From Tubiluchus corallicola (Eukaryota > Animalia > Priapulida), in contig JAQGDQ010000270.1 of the NCBI GenBank assembly GCA_030141605.1, positions 128,976-192,975 of the forward strand: a stretch of 64,000 nt of DNA. The letters run 5' to 3'. The position numbers and the translations under genes are program-made. The notes under the pieces are model-generated. The model saw nothing but the letters and a program-made list of their open reading frames with translations, was not told the origin of the DNA and searched no databases. Shown here one piece after another: positions 31,647 to 41,746 of this stretch (position 1 is the stretch's first letter; each line of letters starts with the position of its first letter).

Positions 31647-33794
31647 ATGAGTCCAAACTTTAAAGATATAGATATTGATGCGTATATAAAAGCACACTGT
31701 TCGACAGCTAGATGTGGTGAGAGTGGAGATGGGCAAAGCTGGGTAACACCGGAGCAAATTCCTGTAAATAGTGCTTACTCGAAGAAAGATATTGAGGGTA
31801 TAGAGCATCTTGACTATGCGGCGGGGTTGCCTCCTTTTCTTCGCGGCCCTTATTCTGCAATGTACGCTATGCGTCCGTGGACAGTGCGCCAATATGCTGG
31901 TTTTTCCACAGCCGAAGAGTCAAACGCATTTTATCGTCGTAATCTTGCAGCAGGACAGAAGGGGCTGTCTGTTGCATTTGACTTGGCTACTCACCGTGGG
32001 TATGATTCTGATCACCCCCGTGTTATTGGGGATGTAGGGAAGGCGGGTGTTGCCATTGATTCGATTCTGGACATGAAAGTTCTTTTCGATCAGATTCCTC
32101 TGGACAAGATGTCTGTTTCCATGACGATGAACGGAGCGGTGTTGCCTGTAATGGCGTTTTATATCGTTACTGCTCTTGAGCAGGGAGCAACAATGGAGCA
32201 GCTTGCCGGCACTATCCAAAATGATATTTTAAAGGAGTTCATGGTGCGCAACACATATATATACCCACCGGAATTCTCAATGAAGATTATTGCCGATATA
32301 TTTGAGTTTACCTCTAAACATATGCCCCGGTTCAATTCTATATCTATTTCCGGCTACCATATGCAGGAAGCAGGAGCAACAGCTGATATTGAGATGGCAT
32401 ATACTTTGGCAGATGGGCTGGATTATATCCGCACAGGTATCAAAGCCGGCCTGGATGTAGATGCTTTTGCCCCCAGGCTATCATTTTTTTGGGCTGTTGG
32501 GATGAACCACTTTATGGAGATTGCAAAGATGCGTGCGGCACGTATGGTTTGGGCCAAACTGGTGAAGCAGTTTAATCCCAAGAATACCAAATCTATGGCG
32601 TTGCGTACTCATTCGCAGACATCAGGGTGGTCGCTTACAGAGCAGGACCCTTTCAATAATGTGGGGCGCACCTGTATTGAAGCGATGGGTGCGGTGCTGG
32701 GGCACACGCAGTCGTTACATACTAACGCGCTTGATGAGGCCATTGCCCTTCCAACCGATTTTTCCGCCCGTATTGCGAGAAACACACAGTTATATATTCA
32801 GCAGGAGACAGAGGTTTGCCGCTCTCTTGATCCATGGGCAGGCTCATATTATGTTGAGTCTCTCACAAAAGAGCTGGCAGATAAAGCGTGGAAGCTTATT
32901 GGAGAGGTTGAGGAGCTTGGAGGCATGGCTAAGGCTATTGAGACGGGAGTTCCCAAGATGCGTATTGAAGAGGCTGCCGCTCGTGCACAGGGGCGCATTG
33001 ATTCCCGTTCTCAGACAATTGTGGGGGTTAATAAGTATTGTCTGGAAAAAGAGGATCCTATAGATATACTTGAAATTGATAATACATCTGTTCGCCAGGC
33101 TCAGCTTGAGCGCTTGAAGAAGCTTCGGACAGAGCGTAATGAGGAGGAGGCACAGGCAGCAATTAAAGCGATTGAGAAATGTGCTGCTTCAGGCAAAGGG
33201 AACTTGCTTGAGCTTGCAGTTGAAGCGGCAAAGAAGCGCGCCTCTTTAGGGGAAATTTCATATGCCTGTGAGAAGTCGGCAGGGCGTTATAAAGCAATAA
33301 TAAGAACTATTTCAGGAGTGTATTCATCAGAGACAAGTAAAGGTAAAGAGTTTAAGGAGGTTGTTAAGCTTGTTAAGCAGTTTGCTGATAAAGAGGGTAG
33401 GCAGCCACGTATTATGATTGCTAAAATGGGACAGGATGGACATGATCGTGGCGCAAAAGTTGTGGCGACCGGTTATGCAGATCTAGGTTTTGATGTTGAT
33501 ATGGGTCCCCTGTTTCAAACACCTGAGGAGGCTGCTAAGCAGGCAGTGGAAAATGATGTTCATGTGATGGGAATATCTTCTCTTGCAGCGGGGCATAAAA
33601 CGCTTGTGCCTGCCGCTATTGCAGAGCTTAAAAAGCTTGGGCGTGAGGATATAATGATAGTAGTTGGCGGTGTTATACCTCCTCAGGACTACCAGAGTCT
33701 TTATGACGCGGGAGTTGTTGCTATTTTTGGACCCGGAGCATCTATTGTTGAAGCGGGAAGGAAAATATTGAAGATATTGCTGGCAACGTATTAA
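31647..33794 (+). CDS. mutB: Methylmalonyl-CoA mutase large (alpha) subunit
   Basis: [28 protein letters not shown], and the B12 motif [11 protein letters not shown]...SSLAAGH. Confidence 0.97.
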   Translation: MSPNFKDIDIDAYIKAHCSTARCGESGDGQSWVTPEQIPVNSAYSKKDIEGIEHLDYAAGLPPFLRGPYSAMYAMRPWTVRQYAGFSTAEESNAFYRRNLAAGQKGLSVAFDLATHRGYDSDHPRVIGDVGKAGVAIDSILDMKVLFDQIPLDKMSVSMTMNGAVLPVMAFYIVTALEQGATMEQLAGTIQNDILKEFMVRNTYIYPPEFSMKIIADIFEFTSKHMPRFNSISISGYHMQEAGATADIEMAYTLADGLDYIRTGIKAGLDVDAFAPRLSFFWAVGMNHFMEIAKMRAARMVWAKLVKQFNPKNTKSMALRTHSQTSGWSLTEQDPFNNVGRTCIEAMGAVLGHTQSLHTNALDEAIALPTDFSARIARNTQLYIQQETEVCRSLDPWAGSYYVESLTKELADKAWKLIGEVEELGGMAKAIETGVPKMRIEEAAARAQGRIDSRSQTIVGVNKYCLEKEDPIDILEIDNTSVRQAQLERLKKLRTERNEEEAQAAIKAIEKCAASGKGNLLELAVEAAKKRASLGEISYACEKSAGRYKAIIRTISGVYSSETSKGKEFKEVVKLVKQFADKEGRQPRIMIAKMGQDGHDRGAKVVATGYADLGFDVDMGPLFQTPEEAAKQAVENDVHVMGISSLAAGHKTLVPAAIAELKKLGREDIMIVVGGVIPPQDYQSLYDAGVVAIFGPGASIVEAGRKILKILLATY

Positions 33795-33840
33795 GTTATA
33801 TAATCAAGTAGTTTTAGAGTAGTAACAAGCGTAAAGCGAA

Positions 33841-34683
33841 CTACCTTATCAGGCTATAAAGCAGCTCAATCTCTTTTGCCCATATTGAGTCATCAGGCGT
33901 TTCAAGTATGATAGGTATGTCATCAAAGTGCGGATTATTCATAATGCGCTCAAAAGTGCCCATCCCTAAAAATCCTTTACCTATGCTTTCATGTCTATCA
34001 ACACGGGAGCCCAACTCTTTTTTTGAGTCGTTGAGGTGTATGCCTTTTAGATATTTGTATCCGATTAAGTTATCAAACAGCTCAAAGGTGCTTTCAAATC
34101 CATCCTCGCTTGCAATATCATATCCGGCGGTGTAGGTGTGACATGTGTCAACACATACACCCACTCTCTCCTTATCTTTAACCTGCTCTATTATGGCGGC
34201 AATCTGCTCAAATGAAAATCCCATATTACTACCTTGCCCTGCAGTGTTTTCAATTACGGCAGTAACACTACTACTATTCTCCAGAGCGATATTTATCGAT
34301 TGTGCTATAGTTGAAAGGCACTCTTCAGTAGAGATCTTTTTCAAATGGCTGCCTGGATGAAAGTTTAGCATTTCAAGTCCAAGTAGTTCACACCTTTTTA
34401 TTTCATCCAAAAATGCCGCTCTGGATTTATTTAATCCTTCACTTTCAGGATGCCCTAGGTTTATAAGGTAACTGTCGTGTGGGAGGATATGTCTTGGCTC
34501 ATATCCAAATTTCTTACAGTTTTCTTTGAATAGCCTGACACTTTCCTCTTCGAGGGGCTTGGATGCCCATTGTCGTTGATTTTTTGTGAAGAGCGCAAAT
34601 GCTTTTGCTCCTATTGCTTTTGCATTTAAAGGTGCGTTTTCTACGCCTCCTGAGATGCTTACGTGGGCCCCTATATACTTCAT
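33841..34683 (-). CDS. nfo: Endonuclease IV
   Basis: [37 protein letters not shown]...DRH and ILETP motifs. Confidence 0.96.
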   Translation of the reverse strand: MKYIGAHVSISGGVENAPLNAKAIGAKAFALFTKNQRQWASKPLEEESVRLFKENCKKFGYEPRHILPHDSYLINLGHPESEGLNKSRAAFLDEIKRCELLGLEMLNFHPGSHLKKISTEECLSTIAQSINIALENSSSVTAVIENTAGQGSNMGFSFEQIAAIIEQVKDKERVGVCVDTCHTYTAGYDIASEDGFESTFELFDNLIGYKYLKGIHLNDSKKELGSRVDRHESIGKGFLGMGTFERIMNNPHFDDIPIILETPDDSIWAKEIELLYSLIR

Positions 34684-34725
34684 ATAATACAGATATTAAG
34701 GATTTTGCAAAACCTGTTTTTTACT

Positions 34726-34784
34726 AATATTTTTGCCAAAATCCTCATTTACACCAGCAAACTGCTGTTTATAGTCGAATTTTG
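34726..34784 (+). repeat. Degenerate dispersed intergenic repeat (copy)
   Basis: aatatttttgccaaaatcctcatttacaccagcaaactgctgtttatagtcgaatttt. Confidence 0.75.
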
Positions 34785-35047
34785 TAATTACTGTTCCTCC
34801 AAAAATACAGATAAGGGAGAATATAGCTTTCTTTTTTGCACTTTATTTCAGTTATAAAGTGCATGTGAATCCTACTCTTTTCACTAACGTTTTAGTTGGA
34901 AACATTTTTCCAAATCTTTATTTATACCAGTACACTTTTACTTTACCAGGTTTTTTCTCAATACTAACCGAAATCTTTTGCCTCGAAATGCTTTGTAGTA
35001 AAAATTGGGACCTTCGTAAAATTCATCTTTTTATTAATACTTTTATC

Positions 35048-35146
35048 AAAAATATATTCAAAATTCTCATTTGTGTCAAAAGAGCGTGGTTTTTCATTGA
35101 ATTTTTCCTCAGTCTGAGTCAAAATATTTTACTTTGTAAAGATTTC
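35048..35146 (+). repeat. Degenerate dispersed intergenic repeat (copy)
   Basis: aaaaatatattcaaaattctcatttgtgtcaaaagagcgtggtttttcattgaatttttcctcagtctgagtcaaaatattttactttgtaaa. Confidence 0.7.
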
Positions 35147-35284
35147 AAGTTGTGATCACAGATATCTGTATTTTTACAACAGATTACGTATAGATAGGCT
35201 TGATGATGAAAAGTGGCTGCGCCCTCTACTATTTTAGTTGGGTATAGCTCAATAAAATATACATAAACAGTTATAGAGTGTGTA

Positions 35285-35632
35285 ATGGGAAAAGAAAGGG
35301 GTAAAAAAGGCAGGATTGGAGTAGTGTATTCAACAAATGACAACTTCGATTATACTTATACCGGGGATGACAGTCGGATAGAGTCTGTACCTCCATCCGG
35401 ACAAAACTTGAAAGTGACTCTTGACAGAAAGCGGCGCAGAGGGAAGTCCGTAACTATTGTTTCGGGGTTTATAGGAGATGAGAATGAATTAAAAGGGCTA
35501 TGTAAGAAATTAAAAAGTAGTTGTGGTGTTGGAGGAAGTGTTAAGGATGGGGAAGCTATCATACAGGGAGACTGTAGGGACCAAGTGCTTGCAATGCTGA
35601 TAAGAGACGGCTACAAGGCGAGAAAAGTATAA
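35285..35632 (+). CDS. yciH: SUI1/YciH translation initiation factor
   Basis: VVYSTN, RRGKSVTIVSGF, LKSSCGVGGSVKDG and IQGD motifs. Confidence 0.92.
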   Translation: MGKERGKKGRIGVVYSTNDNFDYTYTGDDSRIESVPPSGQNLKVTLDRKRRRGKSVTIVSGFIGDENELKGLCKKLKSSCGVGGSVKDGEAIIQGDCRDQVLAMLIRDGYKARKV

Positions 35633-35810
35633 GGGTAAGTATGTTCTTCCTCACACGTTGAGATCATTGCAAAGCTCATCTTTTTATTAAATATTCTCTT
35701 CAAAACTTTCATTTGTGCCGATATAGTATTTTTATATTTACTACTTTACTGTTGCCTCCTAGAGCTTTAACTTTGTTTTTACTTATTTTGTAATTTTTTA
35801 ACAAACAATG

Positions 35811-35843
35811 TTTGTGAAGCAGCATTTAAAACCACTATATTTG
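35811..35843 (+). promoter_or_regulatory. Orphan primary-sigma promoter (drives the candidate sRNA)
   Basis: TTTG-N21-TATATTTG, with no ORF before the terminator about 50 bp downstream. Confidence 0.6.
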
Positions 35844-35849
35844 TCTTAC

Positions 35850-35929
35850 ATTTTTTTCATAAGTTTAGGTTTAGTTAGGTTAGTTTTAGTGAAAGGATGG
35901 ATTCGCCCGAATCTGTCCTTTTTCTTTTT
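35850..35929 (+). ncRNA. Candidate ~80-nt small RNA (U/G-rich 5' region plus intrinsic terminator)
   Basis: Promoter, then UUUUUUUCAUAAGUUUAGGUUUAGUUAGGUUAGUUUUAG, then hairpin AAAGGAUGGAUUC-GCCC-GAAUCUGUCCUUU and a U tract. Transcription is inferred, not shown. Confidence 0.55.
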
Positions 35930-36231
35930 CACAACAATCTATTTGGCTGATAAAGAGGCATAAAGTGTGTTGATCTCATCTCTTTACAGGTAATAAATAG
36001 TGCAAAGGTTTTGTACAGAGTCGGGGAGGATGATTGAAAAGAACCTTATGAAAAATTGGATAAACAAGGATTCTTAAGAGAATCTTTATAAGAAGTAACA
36101 AATAAAAGGTCTATTTTGCAAGGTGTATTAAAACATATAGTTGATAGCCGGAGTTATTTGTAATCGTTAAAATTCGGCATCATTATCTCTTGGACACTCT
36201 TTTTGCGGAGGCCTCAATATTTTTGATAATT

Positions 36232-36642
36232 ATGGGAGCTTATATATCGGCGACACCTCTTTATAAAAAGCTTGGTATAAAAAGTGATTCAACCATTTTG
36301 GTATTAAATTCTCCAAAGGAATATGTCGGTTTTTTCTCGGACTTTCCCGCTAACGTAATAATATGTGAAAGCAGCGAAACCGAGCAGGTTGAATTTATTC
36401 ATATTTTTGCTAAGACCATTAAAGAGCTGAAGCATCATTTCACATTGGCAAAGTCGAAATTGAAAAAAAGCGGGGCCTTATGGATTAGCTGGCCTAAGAA
36501 AGCCTCTGGGGTGGAGTCTGAGCTTGATAAGTTTATAGTTATGAGGTATGGACTTGATAGTGGCTTAGTTGATACAAAAATTGCTTCCGTTGACAAAGAG
36601 TGGAGCGGGTGCAAGTTTGCATACAGGTTAGAAGACAGATAA
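36232..36642 (+). CDS. DUF3052-like protein
   Basis: TPLYKKLGIK...LWISWPKKASGVES...GLVDTKIASVDKEWSG. Start moved to the ATG at 36232. Confidence 0.75.
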   Translation: MGAYISATPLYKKLGIKSDSTILVLNSPKEYVGFFSDFPANVIICESSETEQVEFIHIFAKTIKELKHHFTLAKSKLKKSGALWISWPKKASGVESELDKFIVMRYGLDSGLVDTKIASVDKEWSGCKFAYRLEDR

Positions 36643-36655
36643 ATACCTGTACGAG

Positions 36656-37201
36656 CTACTTCATCAGATCGCGGATCTTCTTTTCCTGATCACTGTTCCA
36701 GTAGCCGCAGTCGAGCCTTAGGAAGACTGAAGTGTACGGAATAGTAAGCTCTGTTTTGACCACCAGGATATTAAAGATTTCAGCTGCTTCATCTATGTTT
36801 GCAATCAGTTCCTCATGCAGTAGCTTTGTTATATCTTTCCCCTCTAGTAACGAATAGAGCCCTTTTTTATAAGCTTCCATCCCTTTGGCTTCTGATTCGG
36901 GTACAAAGTCTATCTCACGGTCAAGGAAAATCTCCGGAGATATGTGTTGCGCCTTGTCCACTACTCTCAGAACCTCCCGGATAACATCCAGGTGCTTTTC
37001 TTTGGCTGTAATGGTTTTAATGGCGGGCTTACTTTGGAGTGGGTATGCGGCATCAACTACTAAAATCCAGTTGCGATGGCCTAAGAATGGTAGTTGTTTA
37101 GCTAGTTCATCTCTCCAATCGGAGTCGTTTGATTGTGCTAGTAAGTTTGCTGAAGGTGTTGATAATAAAATGATTAATGGTAGAAGTTTTAGTTTTGCCA
37201 T
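36656..37201 (-). CDS. RbsD/FucU-like (sugar mutarotase/pyranase fold) protein with signal peptide
   Basis: LGHRNWILVVDAAYP parallels the RbsD/FucU motif GHxDxIVIxDAxxP. Also HEELI and KTELTIPYTSVF. Sec-type N-terminus. Confidence 0.7.
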   Translation of the reverse strand: MAKLKLLPLIILLSTPSANLLAQSNDSDWRDELAKQLPFLGHRNWILVVDAAYPLQSKPAIKTITAKEKHLDVIREVLRVVDKAQHISPEIFLDREIDFVPESEAKGMEAYKKGLYSLLEGKDITKLLHEELIANIDEAAEIFNILVVKTELTIPYTSVFLRLDCGYWNSDQEKKIRDLMK

Positions 37202-37492
37202 TCTCTGTTTGTTTATAGTGTTCTCTATTTCTAGGTCAACAAATTGTTTAAATCAAATTCTGCTTATTATTCACTTTTAAGCTACCTTTTTTGTTTTATT
37301 CAAGCATCTCCTGACCGGTATTTGATTGCTAATTTCCTGATGTTTTCTTTTCTGGATGTAAAAGTAAGAATAGTTTTTTAGTTGCTGGTGTGAATCCAGA
37401 TCTGTGTTCAGGTAAATATTTTCATATTTGATGCTTTTCCTTCAGCCTGAATCGAAACGTTTATTTTGTAAATGTTTTTTGTGGTGATTGAT

Positions 37493-38785
37493 TTAAAAAA
37501 AGGCTTTTCTTAGCTCTTCAATCTCATCGTCACTCATTGGTGCAAAGCTTCCCAGGGATGTCCCCATCACCAGAGACTTGGCGCTGAACTCGGCAACTTC
37601 CAACCTGTCGAAAGCCTGCAGCAGGGAGGCCCCTGTTATTAATACAGAGTCATTTTGTATAATTATTCCGGGTTTGTCTTTTGAGATTCTATCTGGAATC
37701 ATTTCATTGTTTGCAAATTGAGAGCCAAACGGAACATTTTCCATGTCTTGCAGGAATATCCAGCTTTCGGGAATAGTCCGTACGTCTAGTTTTTTGTGGC
37801 ATGCTCCGTAGGCCATAAGGTATTCTGGTTGTGTCAGGATAATAGCGTTTATCTCAGGGTGAGTTTCATAGATTTTCTGATGTAGCCATGTGGAGCGACT
37901 TGGAATTTTACCAGCTTCCCTTTTTCCACCTTTGATTTGAACAATGTCTTCCAGCTGCAGGTTCCATCTTGTTGCATCGGTTGGAGTAATCAAAAAATCA
38001 TTTCCCCGCCACCTTACTGAAACGGTTCCGTAGGTACTCATCATCAATCCCTGGTTGCATGCTCGCCTGACAATTTTTTTAATTTCATCTCTTATCTTTT
38101 TTTCATCAGAAGGGTGTTCCACAAGCTCCAATTCAGGTAAGTTTCGGGGAATCTGACGGTCAAATTCATTCAATTGCTCGTTGGTTAGAAAATAAGGCTT
38201 GCCAATAATATTAGAGTTAATTAGTGTTCTGGAGCAGAACTCGAGGGTTTCAAAGCATTCGTATGCATTAATAATATCTGAGCCTCCGACAACTGCGCCA
38301 TGATTTTCCATGATAACAGCCTTAAACCCTTTAGCAAACTGGTCCGATATCTCATTTCCGAGATCATCGCTTCCTGGAATATGGTATTTGGCAAACCCAA
38401 TAGGCCCACACACTATTTTTGCCTGTGGTATTACGTTTGTATTGGGTATCTGCTTTACAATGCTGAATGAGACCAGTGCCGGCGGATGGGCATGTACAAC
38501 AGATTTTATATCGGGGCGGTTTAGGTATATAGCTTTGTGAAATGGGTACTCCATAGATGGTTTATGCGGTCCGATAATTTCGCCATTATTTTTCACACAC
38601 ATTATGTCACGGGGCGTTAAAGAGCCTTTATCTACACCTGAAGGAGTAACCCACATATCGCCCTGTTCATCAATGATAGAGATATTACCTCCTGAGGTGG
38701 TTGTTAAACTTTTTTTGTAAATACGGTCGATAATCATAATTATCTGATCACGAGGGTGTATTAGATTTATATTGTTCTTTGACAT
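37493..38785 (-). CDS. Tandem-domain class II aldolase/adducin-family protein
   Basis: Domain 1 has TTTSGGNIS, TPSG, PSMEYPFH, HAHP and ENHG. Domain 2 has STYGTVS, PSRSTWLH, LTQP and QND. Start moved to 38785, with TACTTTTG just upstream. Confidence 0.85.
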   Translation of the reverse strand: MSKNNINLIHPRDQIIMIIDRIYKKSLTTTSGGNISIIDEQGDMWVTPSGVDKGSLTPRDIMCVKNNGEIIGPHKPSMEYPFHKAIYLNRPDIKSVVHAHPPALVSFSIVKQIPNTNVIPQAKIVCGPIGFAKYHIPGSDDLGNEISDQFAKGFKAVIMENHGAVVGGSDIINAYECFETLEFCSRTLINSNIIGKPYFLTNEQLNEFDRQIPRNLPELELVEHPSDEKKIRDEIKKIVRRACNQGLMMSTYGTVSVRWRGNDFLITPTDATRWNLQLEDIVQIKGGKREAGKIPSRSTWLHQKIYETHPEINAIILTQPEYLMAYGACHKKLDVRTIPESWIFLQDMENVPFGSQFANNEMIPDRISKDKPGIIIQNDSVLITGASLLQAFDRLEVAEFSAKSLVMGTSLGSFAPMSDDEIEELRKAFF

Positions 38786-39823
38786 GTCTCTCTTTTTATA
38801 ATTTGCGATTTTGCAAAAGTAAAAGTATTTATTAAAAATGTATTTATACAGGCTTTTCTTGATGTTCTTTTGTTCTTTATAAAAGAAACCAGGTAGTATG
38901 GGCTTGATTTTTCTACAGTGAAGATAAAAAAACTGTGTGACTTTTGGGTTATACAACTTTTCATTATTTAGTAGTTGTTTACTGCGACTCCATAGGCAAG
39001 AAAGTGTTGGTTAATATACTGATTATCACCATATTTGAATTGAAGGAAATTCTCCCGTAATTATATTGCAATAATAAATTGTCTTTTGATGGCTTATATT
39101 GTCCTCTTTAATTAAGAAAAAGGGTCTTAAAAACTGCCTCAGAATGTTGTAGATTTCACTTCAACAGCTTTCTCAAAATTATAGAAAGTAAGAAGGTTTT
39201 TCTCCTAATTTCAACTATCACGTGCTCCCATCTCCTTTAGGCAAAGTAATTTATCAATCTTTTGAGAGCTCAGGGTTAGAATCACATTAGTTGCCTTGCC
39301 TAGTTGTGGTATTCTAATAGTTACTTACTTTTAGATTCCGCATTGTGCTATAATTATTATTGAGTTTATGATAATTATGTAGTAATATTGAAGCGCCAAA
39401 TGTTGAAGAAAGCATTTCGTAGTAACAATCTTACAAAGAATGACACTTAGAGTTTTGCTTGTAAAGTGTTCTCGATGCATAAGAGAGTCAGCTGCGAAAA
39501 AGAACACCTGAGTGCATAGGCTTTTGGTGATGTTGTAGCCGAGGATGCCTACATTGATTTTCCTGGCTATAAAGTACATTCTCGTGAAGAATTGCAAAAG
39601 AGTGACACAAGACTTTGTATTGTAACTAAAAATAGAATGCTTATGAAGTTACTTGTGGTCTCATTACCAAATGTTGATAAAGCGCCGGTATCCTGTCAAG
39701 AAAACCTATTGGCTATACCTGCCTGCTATGGCATTGGGAAATGGAATTTTACATAAATCACTATTTAACCAGAATAGAGTCAGGTTACTATATTACATTT
39801 TTGTTTTTTAAAGCTAGTAGAAG

Positions 39824-40390
39824 ATGGAAAATGCTGAGCTTGTTAAGCGACTTATAGATAGTGATATTGGGGCTTTCAATGAGGTTTACCATAAGTACCT
39901 CAATCGTTTATTTGGCTTTGTTTTGAAAATTATAAAACAGGAGAGCGATGCTGAGGAGATAGTTCAGGAGGTGTTTGTAAAAGTCTGGTCTTCGCGGCAC
40001 AAGATTAATGATTATGATTCGTTTGAGTCTTTCCTTTTTACTATTGCCTATAATAATACCATAAGCCTGCTTCGTAAACGGATGAGCGAACAAAAGTATC
40101 TCACCCACCTTCAAAGCCAAGTTACTTCAGGCAATGTTGTCGATGAGCTTCATTTTAAGGAGCTCAATGAATGCTACCAAAAGGTTATTGAACAACTTAC
40201 CCCACGACAGAAAGAAATTTATCTGCTTAGTCGCGAGGATGGCCTAACCTATAACGAGATAGCTGCAAAGTTGGGATTGTCGAAAAATACGGTCGAAATC
40301 CACATGACCAAGGCCCTTTCTTTTATAAAAAGACGTTTGGGTAAAACGCTGTTGATCAATGTGTTTTTTATTGATCTTTTTATTTTTTGA
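39824..40390 (+). CDS. ECF RNA polymerase sigma-70 factor (Bacteroidota PUL type)
   Basis: AEEIVQEVFVKVW, LTPRQKEIYLLSREDGLTYNEIA...SKNTVEIH. Followed by fecR. Confidence 0.93.
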   Translation: MENAELVKRLIDSDIGAFNEVYHKYLNRLFGFVLKIIKQESDAEEIVQEVFVKVWSSRHKINDYDSFESFLFTIAYNNTISLLRKRMSEQKYLTHLQSQVTSGNVVDELHFKELNECYQKVIEQLTPRQKEIYLLSREDGLTYNEIAAKLGLSKNTVEIHMTKALSFIKRRLGKTLLINVFFIDLFIF

Positions 40391-40444
40391 AAAAAGTCAA
40401 AAATAACATAGTGGTATTTTGTCACCAAGGCGTATACCTTATTG

Positions 40445-40519
40445 AGACAGCAATATTTTTTGCATAGGTTTAGTTTGGTTAGATCGATGTACCCCTCTCA
40501 GTAATGGAGTGGTACTTTT
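40445..40519 (+). ncRNA. Candidate sRNA / structured leader between the ECF sigma gene and fecR
   Basis: UUUUUUGCAUAGGUUUAGUUUGGUUAG (same motif as 35851-35883), then hairpin GUACC-CCUCUCA-GUAA-UGGAG-UGGUAC and UUUU. Confidence 0.4.
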
Positions 40520-40528
40520 AAAAGCATT

Positions 40529-41596
40529 GTGACAAAAGAACTACTACATAAGTTTTTGAATAACCAGTGCACTTCTGAAGAGTTTCAAGAGGTGGCAGAC
40601 TGGATAAATACCGATGGTCCGCTTATTGATGGCGAAAGGTGGACTTTTGAGGAGTGGCAGAGTTTTAAGGCTGATAAGCAGTATCGCACAACGGCCCAAT
40701 ACCAGTCTATGCTGGGAAGAATCCACAGTCAGATTATTTTTGAACAGTTGACAAAAGAAAAGAGAGTGATTAGAAAAAAGGTGCCAATGCTTACCTGGGT
40801 CACCCGCGCAGCTGCGGTTTTACTTCTTCCCACCACTATTTTTTTGTTGCTTATTCTTTCGCAGCATAATTTTGAGCTTACCTCAATGGTCAAAAACGAA
40901 ATTGATACGATGGAGGTAGTTGCCCCAGAGGGTTCTAAAACCAGGTTTTTGCTTTCTGACGGAACCGAAGTTTTCCTTAACCATGATAGTTCGCTGAAAT
41001 ATCCCAAGCGCTTCTCGAAAAAGAAGCGTGAAGTAATCCTTTCTGGTGAGGGGTATTTTAAGGTAGCTCACAACCCTAAACATCCATTTGAAGTAAAGAC
41101 CAGAAATTTAAATACAGTAGCTCTGAGAACGGAGTTTAATGTGCTTGCCTATCCTGGTGAAAAGATGGCAGAGGTTACACTGGTGAATGGAAAAGTAGCT
41201 GTTGAAAAAATAACAGAGGGTGGCGAGTTAAAAATGTTGGGAGAGATGGTTTCCGGACAACACATCACTTATCATATCAGTGAAGATAAGGTTACCGGAG
41301 GGCGTGGCAGCGTGGCTAAAAATATTTCGTGGATCGAAGGGAGGTTGATTTTTCGCAACGATCCCATCGACCAGATTGCAAGCCGTCTGAGCCGATGGTA
41401 TAATGTGGAGTTTGAATTTGCTGACGACGAGGTTAAAAAGTATACCTATACGGCAACTTTTATGGATGAAACACTTGTTCAAGTGCTTGATCTGATGTCA
41501 ATTGCAGCGCCTGTTTCCTATAGGCTTGAAGCAAGAGAGAAACTATCCGATGGTACATTTACCAAACAGAAGGTTACTATTTATTTAAAGAGATAA
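40529..41596 (+). CDS. FecR-family anti-sigma factor
   Basis: TM segment after RAAAVLL, LSDGTEVFLNHDSSLKYP, GEGYFKV, WIEGRLIF and RWYNV. Confidence 0.93.
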   Translation: MTKELLHKFLNNQCTSEEFQEVADWINTDGPLIDGERWTFEEWQSFKADKQYRTTAQYQSMLGRIHSQIIFEQLTKEKRVIRKKVPMLTWVTRAAAVLLLPTTIFLLLILSQHNFELTSMVKNEIDTMEVVAPEGSKTRFLLSDGTEVFLNHDSSLKYPKRFSKKKREVILSGEGYFKVAHNPKHPFEVKTRNLNTVALRTEFNVLAYPGEKMAEVTLVNGKVAVEKITEGGELKMLGEMVSGQHITYHISEDKVTGGRGSVAKNISWIEGRLIFRNDPIDQIASRLSRWYNVEFEFADDEVKKYTYTATFMDETLVQVLDLMSIAAPVSYRLEAREKLSDGTFTKQKVTIYLKR

Positions 41597-41746
41597 ACCT
41601 GACTATAAACTAAAACTTGTCCTGCTTATGATGAAACAACCAATTTTAAAAAACAGCAGCGGGGAGGTGTGCTGATGTCTCTCTGTAAATTGTAAAGCAA
41701 ATCTCTAGTCAAAGAGAAACCACTAAACTTTTAACACTTTAAAAGA

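Noticed and set aside
34663-35343. ORFs 34663-34857, 34859-35155 and 35119-35343
   Set aside because: Low-complexity F/I/L/K-rich translations overlapping the dispersed repeats. Likely spurious.
35851-35890. CRISPR-like or simple tandem repeat (TTAGG / GGTTTAG units)
   Set aside because: Units are 5-7 bp, irregular and have no spacers. Treated as part of the sRNA candidate. No CRISPR array or cas gene was seen in the window.
39331-39760. ORF 39331-39597 (-) and an open + frame AFGDVVAEDAYIDFPGY...
   Set aside because: No recognisable family or start site. Possibly decayed genes, but unassignable.
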